A stretch of DNA of 64,000 nucleotides, from the IMG/VR virus record IMGVR_UViG_3300023184_000025, positions 281,155 to 345,154 of that record, one strand, 5' to 3'. Of this stretch, positions 26,855 to 36,643 are shown piece after piece. A program made the translations under genes and the position numbers. The notes below the pieces were generated by a model. It was not told where the DNA came from. It did no database searches and saw only the letters and a program-made list of their open reading frames with translations. How positions within the stretch are numbered: position 1 is the stretch's first letter; each line of letters starts with the position of its first letter.

Positions 26855-27391
26855 CTAAAATTTGTTTTCAACTTCGTTCAACTTGTGTTGCGCAATGGCT
26901 TCTGTGAGTGCTTGCACAACAAACTGATTGAATGTTACATCTTGCTCATGTGCAAGTTTCATGTATTTTAACAGCTCTTCATCACTAAAGTCAAGTGGCA
27001 CTTGCACACGAGTATCATACACCTCGCCTGCCTTGATAGCCAAACACTTCTGAATAAAGTCGTCATCCACTTCTAGATCCACATAGTCAACATTGTCCCA
27101 GGCTTGGTTCAGCATTTCGCCGCGAGTCTTGGCTTCTTTGTTGTACTTTTTAACATAGTCAGAATTGATCATGCGATATGCACGATTGTTTGTGTAGTCG
27201 CAGACTGCCACTTCATAGACCTTTTGACTCTTAGTGCTGAATACAACATTGAAACTCCAACCGCCTTCATCGTGAACACCGTTCCAGCTACTCAACTGAT
27301 AACTATTTGATCCGTAACAGTTCCAACCAAAATCACCACCTTCGGTGATTTTATAGTCAACTAATTCCATCCATTCTTTCATTGTGATCAT
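26855..27391 (-). CDS. hypothetical phage protein (178 aa)
   Basis: Own promoter TTGACT-17bp-TATAAT at 27417-27445. Confidence 0.7.
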   Translation of the reverse strand: MITMKEWMELVDYKITEGGDFGWNCYGSNSYQLSSWNGVHDEGGWSFNVVFSTKSQKVYEVAVCDYTNNRAYRMINSDYVKKYNKEAKTRGEMLNQAWDNVDYVDLEVDDDFIQKCLAIKAGEVYDTRVQVPLDFSDEELLKYMKLAHEQDVTFNQFVVQALTEAIAQHKLNEVENKF

Positions 27392-27425
27392 ATGATATAC
27401 TCCTGATTAGATACTAATTATACAC

Positions 27426-27578
27426 TTATACAATTTTAAAGTCAACGGCACAACAACATGTTTGATGTTTTTCACGTCGTTGGTATGCCGTTTTCAATTC
27501 TTCTTTGCGCATGCGATATTTTGGTGTGCGCAAATCTTTGGCAACAAGGTTTTTGGGTTTGAGTTGTTTAATTTTCAT
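27426..27578 (-). CDS. small basic protein (50 aa, KNLVAKDLRTPKYR)
   Basis: Manual translation. Confidence 0.6.
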   Translation of the reverse strand: MKIKQLKPKNLVAKDLRTPKYRMRKEELKTAYQRREKHQTCCCAVDFKIV

Positions 27579-27587
27579 ACTGCACCA

Positions 27588-27929
27588 TTAAAAGTTAACT
27601 CCACGAACATCAGTATTTAAGTTGGGCTTCATGCTACGGATCAAATCACGTTCAAAATTGTGAGCTTCTGTCTTGCCACGTACCACAGCCATCACACGAA
27701 CAGTGAATGTGTCAGTACCACGCTCACGCATGGTCTCGTACAACATCCAGGATTTGTCTTCTGAACGCATACGATAAACGTGTTTGTTGCAACGAACCAA
27801 CACACTTTTCTTAACAGTACTCATTGTTTTAGCTGTGACACCAATGTAGAAGTCTGTACCGCTTTCAATCATATAAATGATGTGAGTGCGGTCTGTACGC
27901 TTTTTACGGGTTACTGTTTTTGTGTTCAT
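27588..27929 (-). CDS. GIY-YIG-like nuclease
   Basis: HIIYMI..DFYIGVT..R..H..AHNFERDLI..LN. Confidence 0.7.
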   Translation of the reverse strand: MNTKTVTRKKRTDRTHIIYMIESGTDFYIGVTAKTMSTVKKSVLVRCNKHVYRMRSEDKSWMLYETMRERGTDTFTVRVMAVVRGKTEAHNFERDLIRSMKPNLNTDVRGVNF

Positions 27930-27935
27930 GTATAT

Positions 27936-27964
27936 ATTATAGCAAAATGGGCATTTCCAGTCAA
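27936..27964 (-). promoter_or_regulatory. sigma70-type promoter
   Basis: TTGACT-17bp-TATAAT with extended -10. Confidence 0.8.
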
Positions 27965-28085
27965 CCAAAACCAGTGTTGTTTTTATACAACATGCTGGAA
28001 TATACACTGGATTAAGCTGGATTAATATTAGATAATCCAATAATATTATCGGGGATTATTGATAATATTAACTCTATATTCACTT

Positions 28086-28114
28086 ATTATAGCAAAATGG
28101 TAATTATTGGTCAA
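28086..28114 (-). promoter_or_regulatory. sigma70-type promoter
   Basis: TTGACC-17bp-TATAAT with extended -10. Confidence 0.75.
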
Positions 28115-28470
28115 CCTGAATAATTATCGAGAAACTTTTGTAAATCCCCGTACAAAGTTGCCAGCATTGCTTCTTTACTGGAAAACATAACTATTTGTTT
28201 ATTTTTTAAATCAATATAATAAGGAAAAGTCAACTTACGATCTAACGCCAGTAATCCTTTCTTATTGAGATTTTTTTTAATCTCAATTGCAACAGTCCAA
28301 CTTTCAATTTCTAAAAATTGAAAAGCCTTATATCCGTTGTCAGTGAGCCTTAACCCACCACTGGATCGGATATTGCAGTACCAAGTTTTAAGTGCTTTTT
28401 CTGTGGTTACAGACAATGAATTGGGTAACAATTCAACTAACGTTTGCGTTAGTTCATTTTTGTTTACCAT
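28111..28470 (-). CDS. hypothetical phage protein (119 aa)
   Basis: ORF in operon context. Confidence 0.7.
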   Translation of the reverse strand: MVNKNELTQTLVELLPNSLSVTTEKALKTWYCNIRSSGGLRLTDNGYKAFQFLEIESWTVAIEIKKNLNKKGLLALDRKLTFPYYIDLKNKQIVMFSSKEAMLATLYGDLQKFLDNYSG

Positions 28471-28756
28471 CTGGAAAAATCTGGGGGCCTTGCTTTAACA
28501 ACACCACTGAGAATTTGTCAGTCTTAAATTGTGTGTTAAGTTTTTTTGCTAGATTAATTGCATGACCGCTATTGGAAAAACTAACCTTCTTGTACTTTGG
28601 ACCGGGGTATTGAACTAGCATGTTTGATGTTTTAAGATTGATAGGTAGCCCGTCAAAGAACACAGCCCAGATCCCTTCAGCCGCAAGTACCTGCTCAGTC
28701 TTGTAATTGACTTTGTTGGTTAGTTCTACTAGAACTTTAGGTTTTGGTCTGCTCAT
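28454..28756 (-). CDS. hypothetical phage protein (100 aa, MSRPKPKVL...)
   Basis: AGGAG RBS; TAAATA upstream. Confidence 0.7.
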   Translation of the reverse strand: MSRPKPKVLVELTNKVNYKTEQVLAAEGIWAVFFDGLPINLKTSNMLVQYPGPKYKKVSFSNSGHAINLAKKLNTQFKTDKFSVVLLKQGPQIFPDGKQK

Positions 28757-28809
28757 TGTTAAACTCCTACTTTTATTTATCCCGTTATGTAGGTAGTTTT
28801 TAGGTAGTT

Positions 28810-29016
28810 TTAGAATGAGCCGCCGGCGACCTCAATGCTGGTTATAGGTTCTACAGGGGTTGCAGTAGACTGTTCACGTAGTACTTGAAGACTTAACAAT
28901 AATTTTGTAATATCCCCATGCAAGTCTCTGGCTTCGTTGACAGTCATGATCAAGTCACGTTGACTTCTGCTTTCTGCTGCCTTGACTCGATCAATGAATT
29001 TGTTGATGTGTAACAT
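28810..29016 (-). CDS. hypothetical protein (68 aa)
   Basis: TAATG coupling. Confidence 0.65.
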   Translation of the reverse strand: MLHINKFIDRVKAAESRSQRDLIMTVNEARDLHGDITKLLLSLQVLREQSTATPVEPITSIEVAGGSF

Positions 29017-29381
29017 TATGTTCTTTTTAGATAAGGTGCTAGATTAGGAGGAGTCCACCCCACTGGCTTTAACACCTTACCATCTTCACGTTTGCGCACC
29101 TTGCCAGTTAACCGGTCAATTTTAGCAAAGTTTGTTGACATAACTTGTTTCCAAGCGCCTTCACCGTCGAACCCAGCAGATTGAATAGCACCAATGGTAA
29201 CAACTAAAATATCAATTAATGCATCCAGTGCTTCAGCATCATCAGCAATGCCTGCTTTGAGCTCGTTGTATTCTTCGTCGATTAGATCTAAATACATTGT
29301 GTATTGATCGTTATTGCGTACACCCACTGTTTGGTCGCAGGCTCGCATGAATTTTTCTTGATCTCTAAACGGATTTGTCAC
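29016..29381 (-). CDS. MazG-like/PRA-PH nucleotide pyrophosphohydrolase
   Basis: LIDEEYNEL..LDALIDILVV..SNFAK..REDGKVLKP; probable GTG start at 29381. Confidence 0.8.
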   Translation of the reverse strand: MTNPFRDQEKFMRACDQTVGVRNNDQYTMYLDLIDEEYNELKAGIADDAEALDALIDILVVTIGAIQSAGFDGEGAWKQVMSTNFAKIDRLTGKVRKREDGKVLKPVGWTPPNLAPYLKRT

Positions 29382-29811
29382 AGGCTTCTTCCTCGGTATA
29401 AAATGGTCCAGTGTATGAATAACGCTGAAGTGTAATAAGTTTTGGACATTGCACAACATCCCAGACTCGTCCTGTCTTTAGCCGATACCATCCTGCGGCA
29501 AACCACGACTTGGATTTTTCTTCCTGTGTCCAAATGGGTAGTTGGCGCTTGACATCAAAAATTGGATTATATGGATGGTCTGTGGTTGGATATCCATGTA
29601 CTTGGTTAGGTTCAGGTACAGATCTTTGTTTAATAGGTTCAAAGTCAATGCCAATACGTTGTTGCACCATACTCAGTGTTTTAAAACACGTGGTTAGATC
29701 TTTTATTTTAACAGAAAATCCGTCAGGTCCAGATTCAATGTTACCAATCTTACGATCGTTTTCTTTCAAGATCCAATATTGATTTGGAATAACTGCTTTA
29801 GCTATGATCAT
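29365..29811 (-). CDS. hypothetical phage protein (148 aa)
   Basis: ORF in operon context. Confidence 0.7.
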   Translation of the reverse strand: MIIAKAVIPNQYWILKENDRKIGNIESGPDGFSVKIKDLTTCFKTLSMVQQRIGIDFEPIKQRSVPEPNQVHGYPTTDHPYNPIFDVKRQLPIWTQEEKSKSWFAAGWYRLKTGRVWDVVQCPKLITLQRYSYTGPFYTEEEACDKSV

Positions 29812-30805
29812 TTAATACTCCTTGATATGTTGCGTTTAGCCAGCGAGCAAACTGTTCGGGGTTTTCGCTGATACGACTGAGCTCGTACTTGCCACAAAAC
29901 TTCATAAATCTGACACCAACTTGTCCAATGTCTCGATGGCTGATCTGTTCATGTATTGCTTGATCAACTTGTTGTTTAATTTCTTCTGGCTGTTCGCCAA
30001 GATCAATCAAATGTCGATTGCGTTCGTAGTCATCTAACACACGATGTTCTAGACCGTTGTGGTCTGTCCAACGCTGAAGCATCATATTATTCCAAGCATA
30101 TCCTTTTTTATTCATATCTTCGAATGCTTCTTGTAGGCCAATTTTATTTTTAGTTCCTTTAAGGCGTACCCCAGGATAGGCACTAAAAACATTATCGGAT
30201 GTATCACCACGCATACATTTTTCAAATAGAAGCCATTTTGGATTTGGAATAGTTTTAGGTTGTTTTGTTTTTTTATCAATTACAGGTTTACCTTTGGCAT
30301 CAAATATGCCATTGATTGTAAGTAGCTCATCAGTTATGCCATTGTACTGTTGCACATTGTTGGCCAGTAACTGCACAAAATCTGTGTCACTCGAAATAAT
30401 AATATGATTGTCTTGTGGGTGCAGAGCAGTCCAACGTGCAATTACATCATCTGCTTCTGCATTGGGTTGTCGGATTACTGAACAGTTTGTTTGCTCTAGC
30501 AAATATTTAGTCAGATTATCATAGGTTTCCCAGAACAATTTGTCTTCTTCTTGCTCTTTTTCTGACATGGCCGCACGTGATTCTGCACGGTTTGCTTTGT
30601 AGGGCTTGTAAAAATCCTTACGCCAGCTACGACCTTCGAGTGCAAATACCACATGGTCTGCATTAAATTGTCGTGCTACTTTGTTAATTGACGCCAGCGT
30701 AATGTGCAATGCATATCCAATTTTTTCCCAAGCATCCTCTGCCCTGTAGGCCACATGCCTAGCACGAAAAAACATGTTAGAAGTATCGATTAAAAGATAT
30801 TGCAT
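29798..30805 (-). CDS. rnh: T4 RNase H-like 5'-3' exonuclease (FEN family)
   Basis: LLIDTSN, YKANR, EADDVI, SSDTDFVQL, GDTSDNV. Confidence 0.9.
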   Translation of the reverse strand: MQYLLIDTSNMFFRARHVAYRAEDAWEKIGYALHITLASINKVARQFNADHVVFALEGRSWRKDFYKPYKANRAESRAAMSEKEQEEDKLFWETYDNLTKYLLEQTNCSVIRQPNAEADDVIARWTALHPQDNHIIISSDTDFVQLLANNVQQYNGITDELLTINGIFDAKGKPVIDKKTKQPKTIPNPKWLLFEKCMRGDTSDNVFSAYPGVRLKGTKNKIGLQEAFEDMNKKGYAWNNMMLQRWTDHNGLEHRVLDDYERNRHLIDLGEQPEEIKQQVDQAIHEQISHRDIGQVGVRFMKFCGKYELSRISENPEQFARWLNATYQGVLNDHS

Positions 30806-30811
30806 GTTGAC

Positions 30812-31516
30812 TCAAATCAAATGGTTACTAATAACATATTGTAGCACATAATTGCTCCAAAAGCTATGAGCAGGTTTACCAAAATGATAAGAATTGGGTG
30901 CTACTGTATCAAAACCACGTTGTTTAATTATATCCGAAAATGTAGATTTTGGTTTATAAGGATCCATATAACTTACTCCCCAACTGCGTTGATCAGAAAT
31001 TTTGGAAAAATCTGAGTTGCCATTAAAAAATACATGTTTAACATTTAGATCATCAAGCCGGCAATGTAGTTGCCAAACATCATTGTGCGCTTCTTCAGTC
31101 TTTTTGCGCCAATCAACTGTGGCAACAAACTCTTTGTATCGTTGTTGCAGTTCAGGTGGAACATCATCAATTCCGCTGGCGTTCACTTGATAGTAAACAC
31201 CGTTGTATAACCATTCTTCTCTTTCCCATGTACTCCACTGAATAATCATCAATGTTTCATATAGGTTACTAGCATGCTCTGTTAGATATTTTTCCGTAGT
31301 TCTAATAATACGTGCGTTTGAACTAGCTGACTCAGCATCATACCAAAAACCTGCTTTGATTGCGTCGGCTAATGTTTTCCCCCAAGAGGCAATGATATTT
31401 TCAGGATGCGGTCTACGGCCCATGTATGTGTACTTTTGATCATCCTCGGCAAATGCATAAGGAGTTACAATTTCTGCACCGGCTGTGTGACTATCACCGT
31501 TTACATATAGAATCAC
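30812..31516 (-). CDS. SGNH-like protein
   Basis: YVNGDSHTAG, SNARI, HFGKPAH. Confidence 0.6.
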   Translation of the reverse strand: MILYVNGDSHTAGAEIVTPYAFAEDDQKYTYMGRRPHPENIIASWGKTLADAIKAGFWYDAESASSNARIIRTTEKYLTEHASNLYETLMIIQWSTWEREEWLYNGVYYQVNASGIDDVPPELQQRYKEFVATVDWRKKTEEAHNDVWQLHCRLDDLNVKHVFFNGNSDFSKISDQRSWGVSYMDPYKPKSTFSDIIKQRGFDTVAPNSYHFGKPAHSFWSNYVLQYVISNHLI

Positions 31517-31983
31517 ACCAGTTCCTTTTGTTTTTCTGCGGCAACTACTCGTTTGCGCAGACTTGAACTTGAAAAACTGTGATCGCGACTGTTGAACACA
31601 TGTTCAATCTGAAGGCCTATACCTTCGTTACGTCCGGTGAAGTTGGTGTCTTCATATTCTTTCCCAAGGATGCGCACATCAATGGGCAAGGTCAATATCA
31701 AGTCAATTAGGTCTTGCTCGGTAGTGTAAATCACAATTTCATCTACAAAACGACAAGCACTCAATTGTATCTGACGCTCTACAATACTTTGCACAGGGGG
31801 ATTTTTTGAATCTGGTCGATCAACGCTGGCATCTGTTTGTAATCCTGCAATTAAATAATCGCAATGATTCTTTGCTTCGGCTAACATTGCTATGTGTCCA
31901 GCATGAAGCATGTCAAATTGACTGAATGTGATGCCAATTTTTTTACCTTGTACTTTGAGTTCTTTAATGCGATTAAAAATCAT
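31513..31983 (-). CDS. cytidylyltransferase (TagD-like)
   Basis: FDMLHAGH (HxGH), SSSSLRKR. Confidence 0.85.
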   Translation of the reverse strand: MIFNRIKELKVQGKKIGITFSQFDMLHAGHIAMLAEAKNHCDYLIAGLQTDASVDRPDSKNPPVQSIVERQIQLSACRFVDEIVIYTTEQDLIDLILTLPIDVRILGKEYEDTNFTGRNEGIGLQIEHVFNSRDHSFSSSSLRKRVVAAEKQKELV

Positions 31984-32168
31984 GCATACTCCTTGAACAT
32001 TTCTTTCCTACCCGGCTCGCCAAGTTCTAGATCAAATATTTCTCGTGTTCGTTGTAACATAACACAGGCCATCATTAGCAACTCTTCTCTGCTGTCACAC
32101 ATTAAAATTTGTTGCTCAATTGGCATTGCTAATTCTGTCATGCGATCATTGATACTTTGTTTATTCAT
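31980..32168 (-). CDS. hypothetical protein (62 aa)
   Basis: Coupled ORF. Confidence 0.6.
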   Translation of the reverse strand: MNKQSINDRMTELAMPIEQQILMCDSREELLMMACVMLQRTREIFDLELGEPGRKEMFKEYA

Positions 32169-32545
32169 GAAACCTCCCGACGGCCATTACCAAGGTCTTT
32201 ACTTTTGGTATATCGTTGTATTGGGGGATTCATTGCTTGTTCCTGTTCCCATGTTTCCATCACAACATGTCTGCAGACATTTTGGAACCATTGGTCAACT
32301 ATGTCAGCATCGGTTTTTCCTGCATATCCTGCACGTAGCAGATTGGCTACAAATTTTTCATTCCAGTCAAGATCAAATGCACCCTGGTGCATATTATCAG
32401 CATCAATCTCTAAACCCAAGATTGCCACATACGGCTCTCCACGTTCTGTGGCCAACTCTTTTTCTGTTTTCTTGGGTGCCTTTGCTTCTTTTGGTTGCTC
32501 GGGCTGTTTTGTTTTTTTCTTAAAGAACTTGTCAAACAGTTTCAT
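32165..32545 (-). CDS. hypothetical phage protein (126 aa)
   Basis: Coupled ORF. Confidence 0.7.
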   Translation of the reverse strand: MKLFDKFFKKKTKQPEQPKEAKAPKKTEKELATERGEPYVAILGLEIDADNMHQGAFDLDWNEKFVANLLRAGYAGKTDADIVDQWFQNVCRHVVMETWEQEQAMNPPIQRYTKSKDLGNGRREVS

Positions 32546-32836
32546 TTATATCCATCCTCCTGCTCTAACAATACCAATTACACCAACTAGGATCCAAAAA
32601 GCATTTAACAGCGTATATGCTGGATCTTTCTTTAGTTTGGCACAATATGTTAACAGTACAGCATCGATAGTGTTAAAGACCCAAACAAACATAAACGGAC
32701 TTGAAGGTCCTAACCATGACACCAAACTAAAACTGATAATACGCATGATAACCCCAACCATTTCCATTTGTGGAACATGCGATTTAATATAATTCAAAAC
32801 AAAATTCATTTTTATTTCCCCCACCCATTTCCCCAT
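32546..32836 (-). CDS. small membrane protein
   Basis: Three hydrophobic segments. Confidence 0.6.
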   Translation of the reverse strand: MGKWVGEIKMNFVLNYIKSHVPQMEMVGVIMRIISFSLVSWLGPSSPFMFVWVFNTIDAVLLTYCAKLKKDPAYTLLNAFWILVGVIGIVRAGGWI

Positions 32837-33696
32837 AAGTCAACGTGTAGCCTAGGGCTGTAGTAATAACCTCGACTGCATGCCCAATCTGCTACACGAA
32901 CACGATTCTGCGCATAAGGAGTAACCACACCACCCTGTGGCATAACGTAAACTACACCGGTAAATCCACCTGCTCTAAACTCTTTGACTGCACGTTCTAC
33001 TTCAACAAAGTGAGCGTCTGTTTCAACCACAAACTTGAGATATACTGTGCCCAGTGCTTGATAGCTGGCAACAATGTCTGGACAAATTGCTTCTTCCCAA
33101 CTCTCACCACTGGCACTGAGTTTGGCACTGACGCTAAACGTAACAAACCGATCTTGCTTGGTACCAAGTGCAGGTTGTTGCCAAGCTTGTAAAAAATCTC
33201 TGAATCCTGTTTGTAATTTCTGAGTGCCGTTGGTTTCAAATGTAATGTTACACAGGTCATTCATGCTTGGATTACTAATCAATTCCTCATACGCACGTTG
33301 CCAACCCAACAACGGCTCACCACCTGTGATAACCAAATGTACATCATTGCCATTATCTTGTACCCATTTATTGTTAGGCGTAAGTTTTAACATATCTGCA
33401 ATTAATTGTGCAGTTTCAAATGTTGGACTCAGATGTTTAAAATCTGGATGCCAACTAGCATAGCTGTCACACCCTGTATTAACCAGCGGAAGACTAAGGA
33501 AGTCTTTGTACAAATGTACTTGTTTGGCAACTTCATCTGCTTCTGTGCTTTTTACTCCTGGCGCACATCCAAAACCTGAGCAGGTAAAGTTACAGCCGAA
33601 TGTACGCAGGAATACACTGGGTACTCCGACAAAGCGACCTTCGCCTTGTGCTGAATAAAATAGTTCGCTTACTTTTATTTTCATATTATGTTCCAC
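32812..33696 (-). CDS. queE: 7-carboxy-7-deazaguanine synthase (radical SAM)
   Basis: ELFYSAQGEG..VFLRTFGC, CDS, VITGGEPL, ETNGT, SAKL, RLHVDLWG. Confidence 0.88.
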   Translation of the reverse strand: MEHNMKIKVSELFYSAQGEGRFVGVPSVFLRTFGCNFTCSGFGCAPGVKSTEADEVAKQVHLYKDFLSLPLVNTGCDSYASWHPDFKHLSPTFETAQLIADMLKLTPNNKWVQDNGNDVHLVITGGEPLLGWQRAYEELISNPSMNDLCNITFETNGTQKLQTGFRDFLQAWQQPALGTKQDRFVTFSVSAKLSASGESWEEAICPDIVASYQALGTVYLKFVVETDAHFVEVERAVKEFRAGGFTGVVYVMPQGGVVTPYAQNRVRVADWACSRGYYYSPRLHVDLWGNGWGK

Positions 33697-34534
33697 ATGA
33701 TATCAAACACTGATTGTGTGTTAGATCCAGTTTATTATACAGTAATTTGTCAATGCTGTCAAATTTTTCTACAGGAGCAAAAAAACAACAGGTACTTAAT
33801 TTTCCCGATGCGGCTAGATACACCGAGGGCGGAGATAAATGTATACAATTTTTTGGATCAACCACAGTTGACGTTTTTGGCATACGTATCAGATGTTGAA
33901 ATTCTACCGGCGGTAAAAGATCAAATTCCTCACCAGTTCTATAATGTTTGGCCAATTGACGATTGCGATATAATTTAACCAATTTAAAATGTTTAAATCC
34001 TAATTTCTGACTAGTACGTATACAATCTTTAACCTGGTGTTCGTTGTGTGCATATGGTATGAATTGCCAGGTTGCTGTTCCACCAGCTGATATAAATGCC
34101 TTGGCATTTTCAATTACTTTGTTATAGTCCGTACCTTGCCGATATATTTCGTGTACGCCTTCTAGTCCATCTATACCAAACCAAATATCATGATTAATAT
34201 CAGTTAATAAATTTGCTAAATCTTTCCACCATGCAGTAGTTCTTAAGCTACCGTTGGTATGTATTTGTATTTTTTGAGTGTGCGGTTTAGCAAGTTTAAT
34301 CAATTCAATAAAATTGTGAGCTATCACTGGATCACCGTAGTTTCCGCAAAATTGTATGCCTTCCAACATTGGCAGTCGATTTAAAATATCAGCCAACTGA
34401 TCAGTTTCAAGATCTTGTTCAACCAGTCCTGGCTTCAATCCATATCCATTGTTGTTTCTAGGACAAGCTGGGCACCAAGCATTACATTTTGAACTAGCTT
34501 CAACGTGAAGCCATTTAATGTCACTGGCTTTCAT
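33686..34534 (-). CDS. radical SAM protein with C-terminal twitch/SPASM-like Cys
   Basis: CNAWCPAC, GNYGDP, HTNGS. Confidence 0.8.
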   Translation of the reverse strand: MKASDIKWLHVEASSKCNAWCPACPRNNNGYGLKPGLVEQDLETDQLADILNRLPMLEGIQFCGNYGDPVIAHNFIELIKLAKPHTQKIQIHTNGSLRTTAWWKDLANLLTDINHDIWFGIDGLEGVHEIYRQGTDYNKVIENAKAFISAGGTATWQFIPYAHNEHQVKDCIRTSQKLGFKHFKLVKLYRNRQLAKHYRTGEEFDLLPPVEFQHLIRMPKTSTVVDPKNCIHLSPPSVYLAASGKLSTCCFFAPVEKFDSIDKLLYNKLDLTHNQCLISCGT

Positions 34535-34799
34535 ATATGGTTGACCACTGCTGTAGTTTTTTTCTTTTATTTTGAACAGCGGCTTGTATACTAGCATCAT
34601 CGAGAATTTTAAGTTCTCTAAGCAATTCAACCATGCATAGCACATCGCCTACTTCTTCGCACAACAATTCTCTATTAGACATGCCACGTTTTAAATGAGT
34701 TTCATCTATGCCAAATCTACGTATCTTGCTTACAATTTGTATAACCTCAGCACATTCTTCCTGGAGGATATCCATCACTTCGTTTATTTTCGAGTTCAT
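34521..34799 (-). CDS. MazG-like NTP pyrophosphohydrolase domain protein
   Basis: LQEECAEVIQ..EEVGDVL. Confidence 0.75.
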   Translation of the reverse strand: MNSKINEVMDILQEECAEVIQIVSKIRRFGIDETHLKRGMSNRELLCEEVGDVLCMVELLRELKILDDASIQAAVQNKRKKLQQWSTIYESQ

Positions 34800-34820
34800 A
34801 AGTTTGATATTTCTTTTAAA

Positions 34821-35018
34821 TTATCGTTGACCCTGTGCAATCAGTCTATTAACCACATTGAGATCAAACTCTAAACTAACAATTTTATTTTTAAGTGCTT
34901 GATATTCTTCACTGTGTACATCTTTATCATGCGTTACAATGTCAAAGTACATGTCCGCGACTTCTGCGTGTAGTTTTCTAATATCATATTCTAACAACTC
35001 TCGTCTATCTGCTAACAT
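34821..35018 (-). CDS. hypothetical coiled-coil protein (65 aa)
   Basis: ORF. Confidence 0.6.
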   Translation of the reverse strand: MLADRRELLEYDIRKLHAEVADMYFDIVTHDKDVHSEEYQALKNKIVSLEFDLNVVNRLIAQGQR

Positions 35019-35027
35019 ATACTTTCC

Positions 35028-35798
35028 TTATAACTTCTTTGCTTTTATTAAAAGATGCCAGCCTAGATATTCTTTAACTGCTTCTCTCATTACTTCGGGC
35101 ATTGCTTCAAACCATGGTTCAAGTTCAAAAATTCCCTGCTTATATTTTTCTACATTGTACATAAAGCAATGACTCTGTCGTAAGCGTAACAAATCAAAAT
35201 CTTCTCTAAGCAATTCGTGTATCTCTTCAGCAGTATATGCTTCTGCATATGGACAATTTGCTTGTGCTTCAAACTGATCCAGCCCTTTACGAATCATGGC
35301 ATACTTCCAGGAGTTTTTGGCGTAGACCATAAACCTAAACTCGCCATCGTGTTTTAACAAACTGGCAACAGTTTTAATATGATCTTGCATGCCAGGATAA
35401 TGATGCAGTACCCCGTAGCTGTAGACTAAATCAAATTGTCCCAAGTCCAGTACTTTAGGGTCAGTAATATCAATATTGTGAAAACCACCTTCGAGATCAT
35501 AAACATTAAATCTTTGTTTGCACAGATCTAAACTAGCATCTGACAGATCAATACCTACATACTCGGCACCGTGACGAGCAAACTGTTCTGCATCTGTGCC
35601 AATACCACATCCAATTTCTAATACACGTTTACCTCTCCATTGATGGAATCCAGCAAAGTCAAGGATGTGTGGTTCAGAACGATATCTTTTGCTTGTTACT
35701 TCGTCAAAGTACTGGTCAGAGCCAATGGGCGCACTACTATGCCCAACATTACACGGTTGTGTATTCCAGTAGTCAAGAATTCTTTTTTGTAAATCCAT
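35028..35798 (-). CDS. class I SAM-dependent methyltransferase
   Basis: VLEIGCGIG, GIDLS, FDLVYSYGVLHH. Confidence 0.88.
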   Translation of the reverse strand: MDLQKRILDYWNTQPCNVGHSSAPIGSDQYFDEVTSKRYRSEPHILDFAGFHQWRGKRVLEIGCGIGTDAEQFARHGAEYVGIDLSDASLDLCKQRFNVYDLEGGFHNIDITDPKVLDLGQFDLVYSYGVLHHYPGMQDHIKTVASLLKHDGEFRFMVYAKNSWKYAMIRKGLDQFEAQANCPYAEAYTAEEIHELLREDFDLLRLRQSHCFMYNVEKYKQGIFELEPWFEAMPEVMREAVKEYLGWHLLIKAKKL

Positions 35799-35800
35799 AA

Positions 35801-36643
35801 TTAATTAAATTTTGCCATTTGTTTATTTGGGTCAAACTCGCCAAGCATTCTAATCCAAGGGTCTTGTTTGCCTGCTAACACATTCATAAACCAACTAACA
35901 TCTTCACCTCGAGCATGCATAAACCAAGCAATTTGTCTAGCATCTAAAAAGCGTTGTCGACGATATTCAAAGTGATTAAAGTCTCTAGGGTCTTCTGGTC
36001 GTCCTTCGTACATGATTCTCTTCTGGAAAGTTTCGTCGTTGTTATTACCAGTTAGGTCGTGACGATCATGCAAGACATCAACCGAAATAGTTTCCATAAT
36101 ATTTAAGATATAGGCAATTTGACTAATCCATGCGTCCGAAAGTTGGTGTGCGCTTAGATAATTAAACAACATTAACCATTCTTTTGGAACAATCGGAAAT
36201 ACAGCATAAGGATGCTCGTTGTGAGTGGGCATTCTTAGCACACGAAACTTACCGTTGTGCTCTTTTATTCGACTGTCCCAGCCCTGTGTTTTCATAAGTG
36301 CATCGTCATTCCAGAACATTAGCCAACGTGCATTACTTTTTTTAGCCAGTTCTGTAACATATTCATTTAAACGAGTGTAACCAACTGGTTTAAATTCTAA
36401 TATTGACGTCGAAATACCCCGACTATCAAATTCTTTAAAAACGTTTGCCGCCGCCCACTCAATGGAGTCTTTGTCGTCTTCATCCATGCCTAGTAAAATT
36501 TGTATTGATTTTACATCATCGGCCAGGTCAATCAAGCTGTTAAGACTATCAAGCAATGCAGTTGTGCGTCCACGGGTGGGCAACAACACAGCCACATCAT
36601 ATTTTGGTTCCAAAATTAAAGCTGGTATTTCAATCAATTTCAT
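35801..36643 (-). CDS. GT-A (family 2-like) glycosyltransferase
   Basis: VLLPTRGR, MFWNDD, DAWI. Confidence 0.7.
   Translation of the reverse strand: MKLIEIPALILEPKYDVAVLLPTRGRTTALLDSLNSLIDLADDVKSIQILLGMDEDDKDSIEWAAANVFKEFDSRGISTSILEFKPVGYTRLNEYVTELAKKSNARWLMFWNDDALMKTQGWDSRIKEHNGKFRVLRMPTHNEHPYAVFPIVPKEWLMLFNYLSAHQLSDAWISQIAYILNIMETISVDVLHDRHDLTGNNNDETFQKRIMYEGRPEDPRDFNHFEYRRQRFLDARQIAWFMHARGEDVSWFMNVLAGKQDPWIRMLGEFDPNKQMAKFN

Noticed and set aside
28790-28813. Tandem AGGTAGTTTTT duplication
   Set aside because: Only two copies in a short intergenic gap; no functional evidence.
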